Shown here: piece by piece, positions 1 through 15,622 of the stretch | Layout: every line of letters starts with the position of its first letter | Position numbering within the stretch: the stretch's first letter is position 1 | Assembly (NCBI GenBank): GCA_963739455.1 | Contig: CAVUAK010000003.1 | Span: forward strand, 224,001-288,000 | DNA from: an uncultured Gemmatimonadales bacterium | GTDB lineage: Bacteria > Gemmatimonadota > Gemmatimonadetes > Gemmatimonadales > GWC2-71-9 | Length of the DNA: 64,000 nt | Reading direction: 5' to 3' | Made by a program: the position numbers and the translations under genes | Notes under the pieces: model-generated | What the model was told of the DNA's origin: nothing | What the model saw: the letters and a program-made list of their open reading frames with translations, nothing else | The model's database searches: none

Positions 1-399
1 CTTCACCAGCACATGATCGGTCTTCGTCAGGCCGAAGTTTGGCCACTGCACGAAGGGCACGGGCAGCAGCACCGTCCGGCCGCCGTTGATGAGCTGCACC
101 TCGTAGTAGCGCACCTGGGGTTCGGAGCGATCGATCCAGACCTCGACGATCCGGCCGGCGATCACGCCATCGCATGCCTTCACCGCGAGGCCGCGCGGAT
201 CGGGATCGCCCTCGGCGATGAAGAACCCCGGCGCAGCGCGCAGCGGGACGATCTTCACCAGGCCGTGGGCGGTGAGGTCGGGCACCTCGGCGCGATCGGC
301 ATATGACGCAGGGCCAACGGCGTCCACCAGCGGGTTGCCGGTCGGGATGTGGGGCGAGCCGACGTTGCGGTCAGCTCGCACGAGCTTGGGCGCGGTCAT
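1..399 (-). CDS. puhA: Photosynthetic reaction centre H subunit, cytoplasmic PRC-barrel part (Hc); runs off the window edge
   Basis: Manual translation from ATG 399: [54 protein letters not shown]...DPDPRG...[17 protein letters not shown], typical of the H-subunit soluble domain. It has its own RBS (AGGAG, 8 nt upstream) and an ATGA overlap with the upstream gene. Confidence 0.9.
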   Translation of the reverse strand, partial: MTAPKLVRADRNVGSPHIPTGNPLVDAVGPASYADRAEVPDLTAHGLVKIVPLRAAPGFFIAEGDPDPRGLAVKACDGVIAGRIVEVWIDRSEPQVRYYEVQLINGGRTVLLPVPFVQWPNFGLTKTDHVLVK

Positions 400-599
400 G
401 AATGCGACTCCTGGCCAGTGTGATGCGCGGTATTGAACACCTTCGTCTCGGGAACCGCCGGGAAGCCCTGCACCGGTCCGCGCTCCGACTCGAGCGGGTA
501 GCCCTCACGCTTGTCTTCCCGGCGCAGGTAGTAGATCAGCCCGAAGAAGAAGAGCCAGAAGGCGTACAGGACGATTTGCGCACCGTCGAGATGTCGCAT
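396..599 (-). CDS. puhA: Photosynthetic reaction centre H subunit, N-terminal transmembrane part (Ht), 67 aa
   Basis: [32 protein letters not shown] is the conserved H-subunit TM helix plus REGYPL motif; GGAGG RBS upstream. Confidence 0.92.
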   Translation of the reverse strand: MRHLDGAQIVLYAFWLFFFGLIYYLRREDKREGYPLESERGPVQGFPAVPETKVFNTAHHTGQESHS

Positions 600-621
600 G
601 AGTCAGGTTCCTCCGTGCAGG

Positions 622-2067
622 TTACGCCGGGATGTCGGCGAGGCCGAAGCCTTCACCGCCCGGCCGGGGCGTCACGCGGGCAGGCGCCACGAGGGGTCCG
701 AGGGCAACGAGCGTGGCGAAGAGCGCCGCGATCTCGAGGTGGTACACGACACTGTAGGGCACCGATGGCAGGTTGAAGCCGGCACCGAGCGCATCCTTCG
801 CCACGAGATGCGCCACGCCATCTTTGATGACGCCGCTTACCGCGAGCGCCAGGCCTTCGGCTGTCGCGAAGACGGCACCCCAGGCGCCAAGGGCCATCCC
901 GTGTTCCTGCCGATCCTTGAGCGCCATGATGGCCGAGAGGGTGCCGACACCGAAGAGTCCCTCGCCCATGCCGATCAGGAAGGTGCCGCCCCGGAAGAGC
1001 TGGGCCGACTCGAGCGGTGCGGCGAAGATGACGCAGGCAAAGGCCACGACACCGAGCAGTGCGCCATATGCGGCAAGGCGCACGGCGTCGCGGCCCGCCT
1101 CGAGTGCCTTCGCCGCCAGCCAGAAGGCGAGGATGGCACCCATCGCCATGATGCCGGTGAGCGAGGTGGTCTGCCCCACCGTCTGGTGCAGGATCTCGCC
1201 GCCGTACGGCTCGAGCAGCACGTCCTGCAGGTTGAAGGCGAAGAATCCAAGCCCTACCGCGGTGAGCAGCCGCACGGCGCGGCCGCCGCCGGTAAAGGTG
1301 CGCCAGGCGTCGCGGAAAAGCGGCCGACGCTCGTGCTTCTCGTACGGGGTGACACCGCGCTGCCGCGCCTCCTGCTTCCAGAGGCAGAGGGTGTTGAGCG
1401 CCATCGTCACCACCGCGGCACCCTGGATGACCTGGATCAGGCGGATGGGCGAGAAGTGCTCGAGCAGCCGGCCCAGCACAAATGCGCTCACCACCGTGCC
1501 AACGAGCAGCGTGAGGTACATCATGGCCACCACGCGTGGCCGGGCATGCTCCGGTGCGATGTCACTCGCCAGTGCCAGGCCGGCGGTCTGGGTGGTGTGT
1601 GCGCCGGCCCCGACAAGGAAAAAGGCGAGCGCCGTCCCGACATAGCCGCTCCATCGCATGGTCGTCGCGGCATCAGGTGCCAGCACGAGCAGGGCAAACG
1701 GCATGATGGCGAGCCCGCCAAACTGCATCAGGGACCCGAACCAGATGAACGGCACCCTGCGCCAGCCGAGCACGCAGCGGTAGGTGTCGGAGCGGAAGCC
1801 GATCAGGGCCCGGAACGGCGCGATGAGCAACGGAATGGCGAGGCCGATGGCCACGACCGTCGCCGGCACGCGCAGCTCGAGGATCATCACCCGGTTGAGG
1901 GTGCCGACGAACAGCGTCTGTACCATGCCCACCGTCACCTGGAACAGGCTCAGCCGCCAGAGGCGCGAGAGCGGCACCTCGGGTGTGGCCACGTCGGCGA
2001 AGGGCATGAACCGCGTGCCGAGCCGGGTCCAGGCCTTCGTGGCGAAGTTGTTCAGGGACGAGGCCAT
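622..2067 (-). CDS. lhaA: LhaA, PucC/BCD-family MFS light-harvesting complex 1 assembly protein
   Basis: MPFADVAT..LSRLWRLSLFQVTVGM..GTLNRVMI, GWRRVPFIW and QDVLLEPYGG motifs; about 12 TM segments; position upstream of puhA. Confidence 0.92.
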   Translation of the reverse strand: MASSLNNFATKAWTRLGTRFMPFADVATPEVPLSRLWRLSLFQVTVGMVQTLFVGTLNRVMILELRVPATVVAIGLAIPLLIAPFRALIGFRSDTYRCVLGWRRVPFIWFGSLMQFGGLAIMPFALLVLAPDAATTMRWSGYVGTALAFFLVGAGAHTTQTAGLALASDIAPEHARPRVVAMMYLTLLVGTVVSAFVLGRLLEHFSPIRLIQVIQGAAVVTMALNTLCLWKQEARQRGVTPYEKHERRPLFRDAWRTFTGGGRAVRLLTAVGLGFFAFNLQDVLLEPYGGEILHQTVGQTTSLTGIMAMGAILAFWLAAKALEAGRDAVRLAAYGALLGVVAFACVIFAAPLESAQLFRGGTFLIGMGEGLFGVGTLSAIMALKDRQEHGMALGAWGAVFATAEGLALAVSGVIKDGVAHLVAKDALGAGFNLPSVPYSVVYHLEIAALFATLVALGPLVAPARVTPRPGGEGFGLADIPA

Positions 2068-2074
2068 CGTCAGT

Positions 2075-3133
2075 TCACCAGACCGGGTCGAGGCGGACGT
2101 TGGCCGGCAACTCGTGGCGTCGCACCGGCAGCAGGAAGAGTCGCACGAACGTCCAGGCGTTGGCCGCCTGGAGACCCAGCGCCCGCAACTTCGAGCCGCC
2201 GTCGCGGCGGTTCTCCTCCAGGGCCACGGTGTGCTGGTACATCTGCTCCAGCAGCGTCCAGAACCGGGGGTTGTCGGTGTCGATGGTATGCGGGAACACC
2301 TGCTCGCAGATCGTGTTCGTCAGCTTGATGACGCGCTGGTCGAAGTCGTTGACGTCGAAGCCGAGCTCCCTGAAGAACCCGGTGCGCAGGTGGTCACGCA
2401 CGTACATGGTGGCGAACACCGCCAGCATGAAGAAGCGGATCCACAGCCGGTTGATCCCGGTGAGGAACTGCGGGTTCGAGCGCATCAGCACGGCGAACGC
2501 CTCCCCGTGGCGGAACTCGTCGTGGCACCAGTTCTCGAACCACTTGAAGATCGGGTGAAACCGATGCTCGGGGTGCTGCTGCAGCTGGCGGTAGATCGTG
2601 ATGTACCGGGCGTAGCCGATCTTCTCGGACAGGTAGGTGGCGTAGTAGATGAACTTGGGCTTGAAGAAGGTGTACTTCTTGGCCCGCGTCAGGAACGACA
2701 AGTCCACCTTCACGTCGAAGTCGGCCAGGGTGTGGTTGATGAATCCCGCGTGGCGCCCCTCGTCGCGGCTCATGTAGCCGAACAATTCGCGCACGTCGGG
2801 GTTCTGGACCCGCCGCTTGATCTCGGCGTACAGGATGCACCCGGAAAATTCCGCCGTCACCGAGCTCACCAGGAAGTCGATGAACGACGCCCGGAGCGAG
2901 GGCGACATCGACGAGAAGTCCGCCTCGAACTCCTCGTTCCGCTTGAAGTGGTTCGAGTTCGGGTCGCGGCGGAACTCCTCGATCAGTGTGTCCCACTCCT
3001 TGCGAAGCGCGCTGATGTCGAGCCGGTCCATCTCCGCGAAGTCGGTGGTGTAGAAGCGCGGACTCAGCGTCGCCTCCTGCTGGGCGGCGCGGGTCACCTC
3101 GTTCACCGGGGCGCTGGTCTGGGTCGGGTACAT
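2075..3133 (-). CDS. acsF: O2-dependent Mg-protoporphyrin IX monomethyl ester cyclase
   Basis: LSPRFYTTDF, TAEFSGC, DEGRHAGF, YLSEKIGYARYI and DEFRHGE diiron motifs; start set at MYPTQ (ATG 3133). Confidence 0.97.
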   Translation of the reverse strand: MYPTQTSAPVNEVTRAAQQEATLSPRFYTTDFAEMDRLDISALRKEWDTLIEEFRRDPNSNHFKRNEEFEADFSSMSPSLRASFIDFLVSSVTAEFSGCILYAEIKRRVQNPDVRELFGYMSRDEGRHAGFINHTLADFDVKVDLSFLTRAKKYTFFKPKFIYYATYLSEKIGYARYITIYRQLQQHPEHRFHPIFKWFENWCHDEFRHGEAFAVLMRSNPQFLTGINRLWIRFFMLAVFATMYVRDHLRTGFFRELGFDVNDFDQRVIKLTNTICEQVFPHTIDTDNPRFWTLLEQMYQHTVALEENRRDGGSKLRALGLQAANAWTFVRLFLLPVRRHELPANVRLDPVW

Positions 3134-3135
3134 GG

Positions 3136-3462
3136 TCAGCCCTCGAAGCCGACGTCGTAGAGTTCGGTGATGCCCGTGGTGCCGAGCACCCGCACGAGCA
3201 GGCGGCGTGGCAGGCTCACCTGGATCACCGTGGCTTCCGTCCGCACCAGGCGGCGCTCGCCGATGTCGATATGGTCGGGGGCGTCGTGCACCAGCACTTC
3301 GTCGCCCTCGTTCACCTGCACGCCCTCGAGCCGCGCGTGGGCGTGGAAGTGCTCCTGTGTCGCCTCCAGATCCAGCTCGCACGGCACCCGGGTGGTGCGC
3401 CGCCAGGCGAACCACACCGCGAGGACCACCGACGCAGCAGCGAAGATCATTGCGGCTAGCAC
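3136..3462 (-). CDS. bciE: BciE-like accessory subunit of the aerobic cyclase with an N-terminal hydrophobic helix
   Basis: Immediately upstream of acsF. VPCELDLE..HFHAHARL..VNEGDEVLVHDAP...TEATV..R..VR..G...ELY resembles, from memory, Rhodobacter BciE (VPCTVEV..LHAHV..PGDEVLVHGAP). AAAGGAG RBS before the GTG start. Confidence 0.7.
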   Translation of the reverse strand: MLAAMIFAAASVVLAVWFAWRRTTRVPCELDLEATQEHFHAHARLEGVQVNEGDEVLVHDAPDHIDIGERRLVRTEATVIQVSLPRRLLVRVLGTTGITELYDVGFEG

Positions 3463-3473
3463 ATCATGCTCCT

Positions 3474-4177
3474 TTAGCGTGTCAGTTCCATCGCCTGCGA
3501 TGTGTAGAAGCCGCTGTGGATCCGCTCGCTCCGCCCCGCGTGCCAGTGCTGCAGTGCGCGATGCTGCTCCATGGCCCGTCGCAGCCCCGGCTCCGCCACC
3601 GGGACAATGCGGGGAGCCCGGTTGCCGCGCGGCAGCAGCGTGCCAACCGCGTGCATGGTCGCCAGCAGGGGCGTGCGCGGTGCGAAGGTGAACAGCAGCG
3701 ACTCGCCTGCGCGGCGCGACAGCCGGTCGAGCGTGTCGACCAGGTCGCTGGCATCGTAGTGAATGAGCGAATCCATCGCCACCACATGGTCGAAGGCGCC
3801 GAGCGACTCGCTCAACATGTCGCCCGACTCGAAGGTGACCAGTCGCCGCAGTTCGACGGGCAGCCGTTCCGCCGCCACCCGCACCAGGTTGGGCGACAGG
3901 TCCACTCCCACTACATGCGCCCCGCGCCGCGCCAGGTCAACCGCGAGCGCGCCGGTGCCACAGCCCGCGTCGAGCACCCGCCGTCCGGTCAGGTCGGCCG
4001 GGAGCCATCCGGCGAGGGTGGCCCGCATCCGGTCGCGTCCCTCGCGCACCGTGGAGCGGATCCTGCCGACCGGCGCCTCGGAGGTGAGCCGCGCCCATGT
4101 CTCGGCCGCCGTGCGGTCGAAGTACTCCTCGATCCACTCACGGCGTGCCAGGTAGGAACTGGTGCGCGGTGCCGCCA

Positions 4178-4178
<1 letters not shown>
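3474..4178 (-). CDS. bchM: Mg-protoporphyrin IX methyltransferase
   Basis: YFDRTAAETWARLTS, SAM motif VLDAGCGTG, MDSLIHY, FYTSQAMEL; start overlaps the bchL stop. Confidence 0.97.
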
Positions 4179-8686
<4,508 letters not shown>

Positions 8687-8712
<26 letters not shown>

Positions 8713-10285
8713 CGTAGAGCGTCGCAAGCGAGATCTCAGCCAGTGAGTTCTCGATGGCATAGTTCTCGGTGTTCCGCTTCGCCTTTCCGCGCACGAAGAA
8801 GGGGATCTTCTTGAGTTCCTTCTCGGCTTCGAGCGACCAGGCAGGAGGAGTCGGCAGTCGGCTGTCGGCAGTCCGCAGTGAGTCGTCAGTCGACACATCC
8901 GGAGCAGCTGCCGACTCACTGACGACTGCCGACTCACTGCCGACTGCCGACTGACGACTGTCTGCTGCCAGGTGACTCGGTGCGGCTCCATCGTGGAATT
9001 CAAAATCATCCCGGAACATGTGCAGCAGGTGCTCTTCCAGCCCCATCATCAGCGGATGGACCCACGAGTCGAAGAGGACGTTGGCGCCCTCGAGGCCCAT
9101 CTGGGGCGAGTAGCGCGCCGGGAAGTCCTGCACGTGCACCGGGGCAGAAATGACGGCGCTCGGTACACTCAGCTTCTTGGCGACGTGTCGCTCCATCTGG
9201 GTGCCAAGCACGAGCTCCGGTGCCGCTTCGGCGATGGCCTTCTCGACCAGCAGGTAATCGTCGGTGATCAGCGCGGTGAGTCCCAGCTTCTCGGCCGCGG
9301 CCCGCACATCACGCGCGCGCTCACGGGTGTAGGTACCGAGCCCCACCACCGTGAAGCCGAGCTCCTCGGTGGCAATGCGCGCCGCGGCCAGGGCGTGCGT
9401 GGCGTCGCCGAAGATGAAGACTCTCTTCCCGGTGAGATACGTCGAGTCGACGGAGCGTGAGTACCACGACGCGCGGGCGTCGATGTCTCGCGACGCCCCG
9501 TCCGCATCGAGACCGGCGAGCTCGGCCACCTGGCGCACAAAGTCGCGGGTGGCACCGAGGCCAATGGGCACGACGGTGGTGTATGGCTGGCCGAAGCGCC
9601 GCTTGAGCCAGTCGGCGGTGGTCTGCGCGATCTCGGGATAGAGCACGACGTTGAAATCGGCATCTCCAAGGCGCGACAGGTCTGCCGCTGAGGCACCGAG
9701 TGGTGCCACGACCGCGACCTCGACGCCAAGCTTCTCCAGCAATCCCCGGATCTCGGTCACGTCATCGCGATGCCGGAAGCCGAGTGCGGTGGGGCCGAGA
9801 ATGTTGCAGCGGGGCCGACGTGGCTCGGCCGGCTTGGCCGCGGCGTCGCGTACCAGCGCGCGAACGAGGTGATACAGCGTCTCGCTGGCTCCCCAGTTTT
9901 CGCGCTTCTGGTAGGCTGGCAACTCGAGCGGTATCACGGGAATGGTGAGGCCGAGCGACTTGGCCAGTCCACCTGGGTCATCCTGGATCAGTTCAGCGGT
10001 GCACGAAGCTCCAACCAGCAGCGCCGCAGGCTCGAAGCGGGCCACCGCATCGTGTACGGCGGCCTTGAACAGGCCGGCGGTGTCCCCGCCAAGGTCGCGT
10101 GCCTGGAACGTCGTGTACGTCACGGGCGGCCGGCGATCCATCCGCTCGATCATGGTGAACAGCAGGTCGGCGTAGGTGTCGCCCTGCGGCGCGTGCAGCA
10201 CGTAGTGCACGTCGCGGAGTGCCGTGGCGATGCGCATCGCGCCGACGTGCGGCGGGCCTTCATAGGTCCAGAAGGAGAGCTGCAT
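8687..10285 (-). CDS. bchB: Dark-operative protochlorophyllide reductase B subunit (contains a repeat-derived linker insertion)
   Basis: [43 protein letters not shown]-terminal PCP-red domain ([15 protein letters not shown]). Confidence 0.98.
8848..8969. repeat. Head-to-head heptamer array (CAGTCGG/T units, then CTGCCGA/CTGACGA units) inside the bchB coding sequence
   Basis: GAGTCGG CAGTCGG CTGTCGG CAGTCCG CAGT GAGTCGT CAGTCGA, a 14-nt spacer, then CTGCCGA CTCA CTGACGA CTGCCGA CTCA CTGCCGA CTGCCGA CTGACGA. Confidence 0.85.
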
Positions 10286-10287
10286 CG

Positions 10288-12153
<1,866 letters not shown>

Positions 12154-12173
12154 CTACGGCGCGGATGCGGAGG

Positions 12174-12244
12174 CGTCAAGCACTCTTGACGTAAATAGTT
12201 TCTGACACCAAGTTGACGGTGTCGGATGTGGCTGCCGCTTGACA
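12174..12244. promoter_or_regulatory. Cluster of PpsR/CrtJ boxes in the divergent bchF / aerR promoter
   Basis: CGTCAAGCACTCTTGACG (12174-12191), CGTAAATAGTTTCTGACA (12190-12207) and perfect TGT-N12-ACA TGTGGCTGCCGCTTGACA (12227-12244). Confidence 0.8.
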
Positions 12245-12321
12245 GGCGCCCGTTTGACGTCCATTTCAGACGCTGCTCACGAAGGAGTTCGCCCCACACC
12301 GGTGTTTCAGGAGGGCGTCCC

Positions 12322-13149
12322 GTGCCGGATCTCTTTTTCGGCGACAATTCCTCAATGACGGCCATGGTGGCGGCCAGCATTTCCCGCACAGCCAGGTCGC
12401 TGGCCAGGCGGGCGCCCCCACCGCCGGCTGAACCGGCCCTACCGGTGGATGTCTCGGAGGTGATCCCCGAGGATGTCCGGCGGTGGGCGTCGATGGCGGA
12501 TCAGGAGGCGGAACAGTGTGTGTGGCGGTTGCTGCAGCGGGGAATGACCGCGGAGGAGGTTTGCCTCGACGTGCTGACCACGGCGGCGCGACGGCTTGGG
12601 ACGCTCTGGGTCGAGGACCGCTGCACCTTCGTCGATGTCACGCTAGCCGTTACCCGCTTCCAGAACATCACTCACCGCCTCGGGCCGCACTTCAACAGTG
12701 TTGCCGAGCCGGGCTGCCGGGGCAGGGCACTGGTGGGCTCGGTTCCCGGTGAGCAGCACACCTTCGGTCTCAGCATGGTGGCGGAGTTCCTGAAGCGGGA
12801 CGGATGGGATGTTGTGCTGGCCGATGCGTCGCGCGACACGGCGGCCTTTGTGGCGCCACTCGCGGACAGCTGGTTTGACGTCGTGGCGATCTCGGCGGCC
12901 AACGACCGCGCCGAGAAGGGGCTGACGCGACTGCTGTCGAGCATCCGGCGCCGTGGACGGAACCACCAGGTGCGCGCCATCATCGGCGGAAGACTGGTCC
13001 AGGATCGGGATGGGCTGGTGGGGAGGGTGGGGGCCGATGGCTGGGCGGAAGACGCGAAGGCGGCGGTTGAACTGGCCCGTTCGCTAGGGCAGGCAACGCC
13101 ACGCACGCGGGGCCGGCGGGAGAAGGTGCAGGTAGACCGCACTTCTTGA
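12322..13149 (+). CDS. aerR: AerR/PpaA cobalamin-binding antirepressor/photoreceptor
   Basis: ARRLGTLWVEDRCTFVDVTLA helical domain and PGEQHTFGLSMVAEF (E-x-H-xx-G B12 motif); directly upstream of ppsR; GGAGG RBS before GTG 12322 (start uncertain). Confidence 0.88.
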   Translation: MPDLFFGDNSSMTAMVAASISRTARSLARRAPPPPAEPALPVDVSEVIPEDVRRWASMADQEAEQCVWRLLQRGMTAEEVCLDVLTTAARRLGTLWVEDRCTFVDVTLAVTRFQNITHRLGPHFNSVAEPGCRGRALVGSVPGEQHTFGLSMVAEFLKRDGWDVVLADASRDTAAFVAPLADSWFDVVAISAANDRAEKGLTRLLSSIRRRGRNHQVRAIIGGRLVQDRDGLVGRVGADGWAEDAKAAVELARSLGQATPRTRGRREKVQVDRTS

Positions 13150-13169
13150 CGGCATGTAAACATACTAAT

Positions 13170-14648
13170 ATGAGTCGGTTAGCTAAGCCGTTCGGCGTTC
13201 GAGTTGACACCGTGAACGAGGTACCCAATCAGGCAATGACGTCGATCCTGACCGCAGCTTCGGATATCGCCCTTGTGCTTGATCGTGCCGGAGTCATCCG
13301 GGACATCACGCTGGGGCAGTCCGATCAGCCACTTGTTGAGTCGAAGGCGTGGCTAGGTCACGGCTGGATCGACACCGTTACCATCGAGTCCCGCGCGAAG
13401 ATCACCGACATGCTGGCCGAGGCAGCGTCGCAGGGTGTTTCGCGACGTCGCCAGGTCAATCACGTGTCGGCAAGCGGTGCCGACATTCCGATCGTCTACA
13501 CCGCCGTGCGCATGGACGAGGCGCCCGGCAAGGTGGTGGCGATCGGCCGCGACCTGCGGGCCGTCTCCGCCCTGCAGCAGAGCCTGGTGGAGGCGCAGCA
13601 GTCGCTCGAGCGCGACTACTGGCGGATGCGCCACATCGAGACGCGCTATCGCCTGCTGTTCCAGGTGTCGACCGAAGCGGTGCTCATGATCGACGCCGGT
13701 ACCCAGAAGGTGATCGAGGCGAATCCTGCGGCGGCACAGCTGTTCGACCAGCCCGTCAAGCGCCTCGTCGGGCGGACCTTTCCCTTCGATATCGAGACGG
13801 CCAACGAGCCGGCAGTCGCCGAGCAGCTCGCGACAGTGCGTTCGCATGGGCGGGCTGATGATCTTGTCGTGCGGCTGCCCAACTCCGGCCGCAGCGTCAC
13901 GTTGTCGCTGGCGCTCGTTCGGCAGGACACCTCTACGCTCTTCCTGGTGCGGTTGCTGCCGGTGGTCGATCAGTCGGGCCCGGATGCGGGTCCTGCCTCG
14001 GCCGGTGCCGCCTTCAAGCTGCTCGAGTCACTGCCCGATGGGTTCGTCATCAGCGACGCGGACGGCCGCGTGCTGATGGCCAACCGCGCGTTCCTCGACA
14101 TGGTCGAACTGCCCACGCTGGAGCAGGCGCGTGGCCGCCTGCTGGGTCAGTGGGTGGGGCGCCCCGGGGCGGACGTCGGTCGGCTGCTCGCGACACTGCG
14201 TGAGCACGGTGTGGTGCGCCTGTTCGGCACCGCCCTCCGCGGCGATCTGGGCTCCTCCAGTGAGGTCGAGATCTCGAGCGTCGCCCTGCTGGAAGCCGCC
14301 GACATGCAGGTGGGTTTCCTCATTCGCGATGTTGGCCGCCGGCTCCTGCCGAGCCCCCGCGGCGCGCGCGACCTGAGCCAGGCGGTGGAGCAACTGACTT
14401 CGCTCGTGGGTCGCGTATCGCTCAAGAACCTGGTGCGCGACACGACGGACCTGGTGGAGCGGCACTTTATCGAGGCGGCGCTCGAGACCACCGATGACAA
14501 CCGGACGTCGGCCGCCGAGGTGCTCGGTGTCAGCCGGCAGAGCCTGTACATGAAGCTGAAGCGATACGGCCTGGGCGCCGATGCTGCGGATGCATCGAAC
14601 CAGGACGGCACGAACAACAAGGGCCGGAAGAGCACGCCGAAGAACTGA
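13170..14648 (+). CDS. ppsR: PpsR/CrtJ photosynthesis transcription regulator (3 PAS + Fis-type HTH), cysteine-free
   Basis: ASDIALVLD..G.I, WIDTVTIESRAKI, Q-linker LVEAQQSLERDYWRMRHIETRYRLLF, LVGRVSLKNLVRDTTD, DNRTSAAEVLGVSRQSLYMKLKRYG. Confidence 0.95.
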   Translation: MSRLAKPFGVRVDTVNEVPNQAMTSILTAASDIALVLDRAGVIRDITLGQSDQPLVESKAWLGHGWIDTVTIESRAKITDMLAEAASQGVSRRRQVNHVSASGADIPIVYTAVRMDEAPGKVVAIGRDLRAVSALQQSLVEAQQSLERDYWRMRHIETRYRLLFQVSTEAVLMIDAGTQKVIEANPAAAQLFDQPVKRLVGRTFPFDIETANEPAVAEQLATVRSHGRADDLVVRLPNSGRSVTLSLALVRQDTSTLFLVRLLPVVDQSGPDAGPASAGAAFKLLESLPDGFVISDADGRVLMANRAFLDMVELPTLEQARGRLLGQWVGRPGADVGRLLATLREHGVVRLFGTALRGDLGSSSEVEISSVALLEAADMQVGFLIRDVGRRLLPSPRGARDLSQAVEQLTSLVGRVSLKNLVRDTTDLVERHFIEAALETTDDNRTSAAEVLGVSRQSLYMKLKRYGLGADAADASNQDGTNNKGRKSTPKN

Positions 14649-14673
14649 GCCCGCGGCCACTCGGTCGCGGGCT
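14648..14673 (+). terminator. GC-rich hairpin after ppsR
   Basis: AGCCCGCGGCC-ACTC-GGTCGCGGGCT followed by a weak U tract. Confidence 0.5.
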
Positions 14674-14689
14674 ATTGCTTATCCCATAG

Positions 14690-14707
14690 TGTAAAGCCTT
14701 CATGACA
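14690..14707. promoter_or_regulatory. PpsR box overlapping the bchG start codon
   Basis: TGTAAAGCCTTCATGACA = TGT-N12-ACA. Confidence 0.85.
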
Positions 14708-15622
14708 GTAGCTGACGTACTAACCGTCACACAGTCAGGGCAAAGCGTCAGGACTCCCGCGCCGCGTACGGTGCTGGAGCTCTTCAAGCCGGTCACCTGG
14801 TTCCCGCCGATGTGGGCATTTGCCTGCGGCGTGGTCTCGTCAGGCGTGCCGCTGGCCTCGCACTGGGGCCTCTTGGCGCTTGGGGTCGTGCTCACGGGGC
14901 CACTCGTCTGCGGCACCAGCCAGGCGGTGAACGACTGGTTCGACCGGCACGTGGATGCGATCAATGAGCCGGGCCGTCCGATTCCGTCGGGGCGGATGCC
15001 GGGCACATGGGGGCTGACACTCGCGCTCGCGGGCACGCTCATCTCGATGATTGTCGGCCTCCAGCTTGGCCGCGCCGCCGCTGGTGCCACCGCACTGGGG
15101 CTTCTCCTGGCGTGGATCTACAGTGCGCCGCCGCTTCGGCTCAAGAACAACGGCTGGTGGGGCAATGCCGCGGTCGGTTTCAGCTACGAGGGCCTCGCGT
15201 GGGTGACCGGTGCCGCGCTGATGCTGAACGGCGCCGTGCCGCGTCCCGCGATCCTTGCCGCAGCGGTGCTCTATAGCATCGGCGCGCACGGCATCATGAC
15301 ACTGAACGACTTCAAGTCGATCGAGGGCGACCTCCGCATGGGCATCGGCTCGTTGCCGGCGCGCCTCGGCCCCGATCGTGCCGCGAAGGTTGCCTGCCTG
15401 GTGATGCTGGTGCCGCAGGTCGTCGTCATTGCGATGCTTGCGCTGACCGCGCACCCCGTTGCCGCGTTCCTCGTGACGGCGGTCGCCGTGGCCCAGGTGC
15501 CGCTGATGCGCCGGCTCCTGCAACGGCCCCGCGAGCTGGCGCCGTGGTACAACCAGACCGGTATCTCCCTCTACGTGTCGGGCATGATGGTCACGGCCGT
15601 GGCGCTGGGTTCGGTCTCGTGA
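14702..15622 (+). CDS. bchG: Bacteriochlorophyll synthase
   Basis: LFKPVTWFPPMWAF, SQAVNDWFDRHVDAINEPGRPIPSGR, GAHGIMTLNDFKSIEGD. Confidence 0.97.
   Translation: MTVADVLTVTQSGQSVRTPAPRTVLELFKPVTWFPPMWAFACGVVSSGVPLASHWGLLALGVVLTGPLVCGTSQAVNDWFDRHVDAINEPGRPIPSGRMPGTWGLTLALAGTLISMIVGLQLGRAAAGATALGLLLAWIYSAPPLRLKNNGWWGNAAVGFSYEGLAWVTGAALMLNGAVPRPAILAAAVLYSIGAHGIMTLNDFKSIEGDLRMGIGSLPARLGPDRAAKVACLVMLVPQVVVIAMLALTAHPVAAFLVTAVAVAQVPLMRRLLQRPRELAPWYNQTGISLYVSGMMVTAVALGSVS

Noticed and set aside
8713..9009. Repeat-rich N-terminal extension of BchH in the ORF track
   Set aside because: It is an alternative frame of the bchB 3' end and its heptamer insert; BchH similarity begins near 8712.
13140..13210. 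PpsR box upstream of ppsR
   Set aside because: Only half-sites (TTGAC, TGTAAA); no correctly spaced TGT-N12-ACA.
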